The notes under the pieces were generated by a model, which was given only the letters and a program-made list of their open reading frames with translations, did no database searches and was not told where the DNA came from. Positions 59,517-64,000 of a stretch of 64,000 nucleotides of DNA are shown piece after piece. The translations under genes and the position numbers were made by a program. The DNA is from an uncultured Prevotella sp. Its GTDB lineage: Bacteria; Bacteroidota; Bacteroidia; Bacteroidales; Bacteroidaceae. The stretch covers positions 2,040-66,039 of the forward strand of contig CALUGQ010000010.1 of the NCBI GenBank assembly GCA_944320235.1, read 5' to 3'. Numbering within the stretch: position 1 is the stretch's first letter; each line of letters begins with the position of its first letter.

Positions 59517-60860
59517 TCAATATGCAGAGACACCGCCGCGGCCATGAACACGGCCCGAATTGAGCAGGCCGTCGTAATGGCGCATCATCAAATGACTCTC
59601 TATCTGCTGGAGTGTGTCAAGCACAACACCAATCAAAATGAGAAGCGAGGTTCCACCAAAGAACTGCGAAAAAGCATCCTGCACATTGAGAAGCCCGGCT
59701 AGTGCCGGCATGATGGCGATGAAGGCGATGAACAAAGAACCGGGGAAAGTGATGCGCGACATCACTGTGTCTATGTATTCCGCGGTGTCCTTGCCCGGCT
59801 TCACCCCTGGGATAAAGCCATTGTTACGCTTCATGTCTTCTGCCATCTGGGTTGGGTTCAACGTTATTGCCGTATAGAAATATGTGAATGCTATGATGAG
59901 CAAGGCAAACACAACATTATACAGCAAGCTGCGATGATCCATCAGCGAGCGCACAAACCAACTGGAATTCTCCGGGGTTGAATATTGCACTATCGCCAAA
60001 GGGATGAACATCAATGCCTGGGCAAAGATGATAGGCATCACGTTGGCTGCAAACAGCTTCAAGGGGATGTACTGACGCGCACCTCCATACTGCTTGTTGC
60101 CTATGACACGCTTGGCGTACTGAACCGGCACCTTGCGCGTTCCCTGCACGAGGACGATGGCCGCGCATACGACTATGTAAAGTATGAGGATCTCTATCAA
60201 GAACATGACGAGACCTCCACCGGTAATGGCCGTGAAACGGGAGCCGACCTCTTGTATGAACGCCTGGGGCAAGCGCGCAATGATACCAATCATGATTATG
60301 AGCGAGACGCCGTTGCCAACGCCCTTGTCAGTAATGCGCTCTCCTAACCACAGGATAAACATACTTCCTGCCGCGAGGATTATAGTGGCCGGAATCATGA
60401 ATACAGACCAGGAAATGCCCGTTGCCAGGGCACTTCCAGCCTGCATCTTGAGGTTTATCAGGTAACTCGGGGCCTGGAACAGCAAAATAGCCACCGTGAG
60501 CCACCGAGTATACATGCTGATTTTCTTGCGGCCACTTTCGCCCTCACGCTGCATCTTCTGGAAATAAGGCACAGCAATCGCAAGAAGCTGCATAACGATA
60601 GAAGCTGAGATATAAGGCATTATTCCCAACGCAAAGATAGAAGCATTGGAAAATGCACCACCAGAGAACATATCCAGAAGCGACATCAATCCCCCCTGGG
60701 TCTGCGACTGTAGTTTGTCCAACATTGCCGGGTTAATACCTGGAAGTACAACGAAAGACCCAAAACGGTAAATTGCCGTGAAAAGGAGAGTGATCAAAAT
60801 GCGCTGACGCAAATCCTCAATCTTCCAAATGTTCTGTAGTGTCTCAATTAACTTCTTCAT
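59517..60860 (-). CDS. secY: Preprotein translocase SecY
   Basis: FALGIMPYISASI, GVGNGVSL, FGGTSLLI. Confidence 0.98.
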   Translation of the reverse strand: MKKLIETLQNIWKIEDLRQRILITLLFTAIYRFGSFVVLPGINPAMLDKLQSQTQGGLMSLLDMFSGGAFSNASIFALGIMPYISASIVMQLLAIAVPYFQKMQREGESGRKKISMYTRWLTVAILLFQAPSYLINLKMQAGSALATGISWSVFMIPATIILAAGSMFILWLGERITDKGVGNGVSLIIMIGIIARLPQAFIQEVGSRFTAITGGGLVMFLIEILILYIVVCAAIVLVQGTRKVPVQYAKRVIGNKQYGGARQYIPLKLFAANVMPIIFAQALMFIPLAIVQYSTPENSSWFVRSLMDHRSLLYNVVFALLIIAFTYFYTAITLNPTQMAEDMKRNNGFIPGVKPGKDTAEYIDTVMSRITFPGSLFIAFIAIMPALAGLLNVQDAFSQFFGGTSLLILIGVVLDTLQQIESHLMMRHYDGLLNSGRVHGRGGVSAY

Positions 60861-60864
60861 TTTC

Positions 60865-61311
60865 TCAGATTATTGTTGTGTTTCCACCTACTGCCTTGAT
60901 TGCTTCTTCTGCTGTCTTTGAGAAAGCATTTGCTTCAACATCCAACTTGGCGGTAAGTTCGCCCTTGCCAAGAATCTTGACAAGCTTCTTGCCATTGGTC
61001 ACACCTGCCTCTACAAGCTCGGCCAAACCTATCTTGGTAAGCTGCTTCTCATCTGCCAACGCCTGGAGCGTAGAGAGATTCACAGCAAAGTACTCCTTGT
61101 GGTTGATGTTCTTGAATCCGAACTTGGGAATACGACGCTGCAAAGGCATCTGGCCGCCTTCAAAACCTATCTTCCTCTTATAGCCAGACCTTGCCTTGGC
61201 ACCCTTGTGTCCGCGAGTAGAAGTTCCACCCAAGCCAGAACCTGGGCCACGACCAATCCTACGACGGGAATGTGTAGAACCAGCAGCCGGCTTCAAATTA
61301 TGTAGTTTCAT
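60865..61311 (-). CDS. rplO: 50S ribosomal protein L15
   Basis: GRGPGSG, GFEGGQMPL. Confidence 0.98.
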   Translation of the reverse strand: MKLHNLKPAAGSTHSRRRIGRGPGSGLGGTSTRGHKGAKARSGYKRKIGFEGGQMPLQRRIPKFGFKNINHKEYFAVNLSTLQALADEKQLTKIGLAELVEAGVTNGKKLVKILGKGELTAKLDVEANAFSKTAEEAIKAVGGNTTII

Positions 61312-61337
61312 ATCAAATGTTTTAAAGTTTGAAATAA

Positions 61338-61517
61338 TTAGCCCTCAATAACAGTCACCAGATGGTGAACCTTGCGGATCATACCACGGATGGCAGGAGA
61401 ATCTTCCTTCTCAACCACTTGCGAAATCTTGTGCAAGCCCAATGCCTCAAGAGTCCTCTTCTGGTCTGCAGGAGCACCAATCTTGCTCTTTATCTGTTTG
61501 ATTTTAACTGTTGCCAT
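61338..61517 (-). CDS. rpmD: 50S ribosomal protein L30
   Basis: Manual translation [14 protein letters not shown]...ALGL...[11 protein letters not shown]. Confidence 0.95.
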   Translation of the reverse strand: MATVKIKQIKSKIGAPADQKRTLEALGLHKISQVVEKEDSPAIRGMIRKVHHLVTVIEG

Positions 61518-61533
61518 AATAAATTCTCCTAAA

Positions 61534-62046
61534 TTATCCTCTGAACACTTTCTCCATACTTATACCACGTGTGCCGGCGATGGTGTAGGCATCGCGCAAC
61601 TGTGTGAGCGCCAGGATTGTGGCCTTGACCAAGTTGTGAGGGTTGGAAGAACCCTTCGACTTGGCAAGCACATCCTTTACGCCAACACTCTCGAGCACTG
61701 CACGCATAGCGCCACCGGCAACAAGCCCGGTACCGGCAGCGGCAGGACGCAAGAACACGTCAGCACCACCGAAGCGAGCCTCGGTCTCATGGGGAAGAGT
61801 GCCTTTAAGAAGAGTCACTTTCACAAGGTTTTTCTTGGCTGCCTCAACTCCCTTGGCGATGGCTGCGGTTACTTCACCAGCCTTGCCAAGGCCGCATCCT
61901 ATGATGCCGTTGCCGTCGCCGACAACGACTATTGCTGCGAAAGTAAAGGTACGGCCTCCTTTTGTAACCTTGGTCACACGGTTTATAGCAACCAACTTGT
62001 CTTTCAACTCAACGTCACTATTTACTTTAACTCTGTTCATTGCCAT
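61534..62046 (-). CDS. rpsE: 30S ribosomal protein S5
   Basis: [27 protein letters not shown]. Confidence 0.98.
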   Translation of the reverse strand: MAMNRVKVNSDVELKDKLVAINRVTKVTKGGRTFTFAAIVVVGDGNGIIGCGLGKAGEVTAAIAKGVEAAKKNLVKVTLLKGTLPHETEARFGGADVFLRPAAAGTGLVAGGAMRAVLESVGVKDVLAKSKGSSNPHNLVKATILALTQLRDAYTIAGTRGISMEKVFRG

Positions 62047-62052
62047 AATCGT

Positions 62053-62397
62053 TTAAAAATTAAGTCCAGCCTTGCGAGCTGCGTCAGCGAGCTGCTTCAC
62101 GCGGCCATGATAGAGATATCCATTACGGTCAAACACAACAGCTGTAACTCCAGCCTCGAGTGCTTTCTGGGCAATCAGTTCGCCGACTTTCTCAGCTTGC
62201 TGAACCTTAGGCATAGCCTCCATGCCGAGAGAAGAAGCAGACACAAGCGTCTTGCCTATCTCATCATTGATCACCTGAGCGTATATCTGCTTGTTGCTGC
62301 GGAATACACTCAAGCGGGGACGCTCTGGCGTTCCAAAAATCTTCTTGCGAATTCTGTATTTAATCTTGATTCGTCTTTCAATCTTCTTTGTTGTCAT
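62053..62397 (-). CDS. rplR: 50S ribosomal protein L18
   Basis: [21 protein letters not shown]. Confidence 0.98.
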   Translation of the reverse strand: MTTKKIERRIKIKYRIRKKIFGTPERPRLSVFRSNKQIYAQVINDEIGKTLVSASSLGMEAMPKVQQAEKVGELIAQKALEAGVTAVVFDRNGYLYHGRVKQLADAARKAGLNF

Positions 62398-62415
62398 AAT
62401 CGTAATTAATTAAAG

Positions 62416-62982
62416 TTACTTAGCTGCAGCTGTCTTGCCAGACTTCCTGCGGATAACTTCACCCTGGAACAGGACACCTTTTCCTTTGTAAGGCTCCGGC
62501 ATACGGAAAGAACGAATTTTAGCACAGATAAGACCCAGCAAAGCCTTGTCGCAAGACTCAAGTATGACGAGAGGATTCTGATTCCTTTCAGACTTAGTCT
62601 CAACCTTCACTTCCTTGGGAAGCTGAATGAAGATAGGATGGGTATAACCGAGGGAGAACTCGAGGAGGTTGCCTTGATTAGACACACGATAACCCACACC
62701 TACAAGCTCAAGCACTTTCTTGTAGCCCTCGCTAACGCCAACAACCATGTTGTTGACAAGAGCACGATAAAGGCCATGGAAAGCCTGCTTCTGCTTATAG
62801 TTAACAGGGCTGTTCTCGTCTACCTCAAAAGTGACGTGACCGTCAGCTATCTTGACAATGATGGAGGAATCTACTTTCTGGGAAAGTTCGCCTTTCGGAC
62901 CTTTGACGTTAACGGTACCGTTGTCGAGCGTAACAGTTACACCTGCCGGAATGGCGATTGGCAATTTACCTATTCTTGACAT
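62416..62982 (-). CDS. rplF: 50S ribosomal protein L6
   Basis: MSRIGKLPI, PEPYKGKG; start 62982. Confidence 0.97.
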   Translation of the reverse strand: MSRIGKLPIAIPAGVTVTLDNGTVNVKGPKGELSQKVDSSIIVKIADGHVTFEVDENSPVNYKQKQAFHGLYRALVNNMVVGVSEGYKKVLELVGVGYRVSNQGNLLEFSLGYTHPIFIQLPKEVKVETKSERNQNPLVILESCDKALLGLICAKIRSFRMPEPYKGKGVLFQGEVIRRKSGKTAAAK

Positions 62983-62996
62983 ATTCAACCCTCCAA

Positions 62997-63392
62997 TTAA
63001 TATACGTAACAAAGAACCTCGCCACCAATCTTGAGATCAGAAGCTTCCTTGTCAGTCATGACACCCTTGGATGTAGATAGTATTGCGATACCTAATCCGT
63101 TAATTACTCTCGGCATATCCTTGTACCCGGTATATTTGCGCAAACCGGGGGTGGACACTCTTTTAAGGCACTTGATTGCACTTGCCTTTGTGGCGGGGTC
63201 GTACTTCAAAGCGACCTTGATTGTACCCTGGGGGCCATCCTCAATGAACTTATAGTTCAGGATGTAACCTTTCTCGAAGAGGATTTTCGTGATTTCCTTC
63301 TTCAAGTTTGAAGCTGGAACTTCCACAACACGGTGATGAGCCATGATTGCGTTTCTCAACCTCGTCAGAAAATCTGCTATTGGATCTGTCAT
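62997..63392 (-). CDS. rpsH: 30S ribosomal protein S8
   Basis: DPIADFLTRLRNA, STSKGVMT, GGEVLC. Confidence 0.98.
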   Translation of the reverse strand: MTDPIADFLTRLRNAIMAHHRVVEVPASNLKKEITKILFEKGYILNYKFIEDGPQGTIKVALKYDPATKASAIKCLKRVSTPGLRKYTGYKDMPRVINGLGIAILSTSKGVMTDKEASDLKIGGEVLCYVY

Positions 63393-63460
63393 AAAATGAT
63401 TGTTTAATTAATCGGGCCTATCCCGACAATATTAAAAACTATTGATTGCACTCCATCATA

Positions 63461-63763
63461 TTACCAACTGGCCTTCTTTACGCCAGGAATCAGCCCCTTG
63501 GAAGCCATTTCACGGAACTGAATGCGAGAAAGGCCAAACTGGCGCATATAACCACGTGGGCGACCGGTAATCTTGCAACGGTTATGCAGGCGGATTGGGT
63601 TGGCATTGAGAGGAATGCTCTGCAACTTGCGGGCTGCCTCATATGCCTCTGCCGGATCATCAGTTGTTGCAATGATTTTCTTGAGGGCAGCACGCTTCTC
63701 TGCATAACGTGCAACGAGCTTTGCGCGCTTTACCTCACGGGCTTTCATTGATTCTTTTGCCAT
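63461..63763 (-). CDS. rpsN: 30S ribosomal protein S14
   Basis: [22 protein letters not shown]. Confidence 0.97.
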   Translation of the reverse strand: MAKESMKAREVKRAKLVARYAEKRAALKKIIATTDDPAEAYEAARKLQSIPLNANPIRLHNRCKITGRPRGYMRQFGLSRIQFREMASKGLIPGVKKASW

Positions 63764-63779
63764 AATCTACTAAATCGTT

Positions 63780-64000
63780 TTAAGCGTTTTTAAACGGCAG
63801 GCCGAAAGCCTTGAGCAATGCAAATCCCTCCTCATCAGTCTGGGCAGACGTAACGAAAGTGATGTTCATGCCTTGAAGACGGTCTACTGCATCTATGTTT
63901 ATCTCTGGGAAAATAATCTGCTCCTGGATGCCAAGAGAATAGTTTCCATGCCCGTCGAGCTTGGTCTCAATTCCCTTGAAGTCGCGGATACGCGGCAGGG
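63780..64000 (-). CDS. rplE: 50S ribosomal protein L5 (3' part; runs off the window)
   Basis: Manual translation [45 protein letters not shown]. Confidence 0.95.
   Translation of the reverse strand, partial: LPRIRDFKGIETKLDGHGNYSLGIQEQIIFPEINIDAVDRLQGMNITFVTSAQTDEEGFALLKAFGLPFKNA

Overview
High-GC Bacteroidales (Prevotella-like) chromosomal window. The left part holds housekeeping and carbohydrate genes (nnr, hpt, adk, obgE, pgeF, nadK, pdxJ, ispD, recG, two M23 peptidases, GH43/GH51 hydrolases, metY, gdhA, rlpA), and the right end is the spc/alpha ribosomal operon (rplE to rplQ). Two accessory islands each pair a TPR-TM-HTH regulator with a small secreted DUF3244-like gene. The main result is island 2 (about 44.1-55.0 kb), an apparently complete RiPP cluster. 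It has a radical SAM/SPASM maturase, two outer-membrane beta-barrels and a C39 peptidase ABC exporter. It also has a 57-aa truncated HlyD-like ORF and a 57-aa double-glycine precursor (49160->48987, absent from the ORF track). The precursor's 30-aa core LGTNSGCQETHNMCGCNSVCGGCVGTNAKC carries six Cys and three N-x-x-C motifs, suggesting a poly-thioether (ranthipeptide-like) product. Island 1 (30.4-38.4 kb) has a diverged tandem duplication of a small Cys-containing secreted protein plus a CPRC-motif partner. Its promoter is preceded by four 11-bp direct repeats. A dispersed family of 22-bp-periodic, quasi-palindromic intergenic arrays occurs at seven or more loci. All product calls come from motif recognition by eye; no searches were run.
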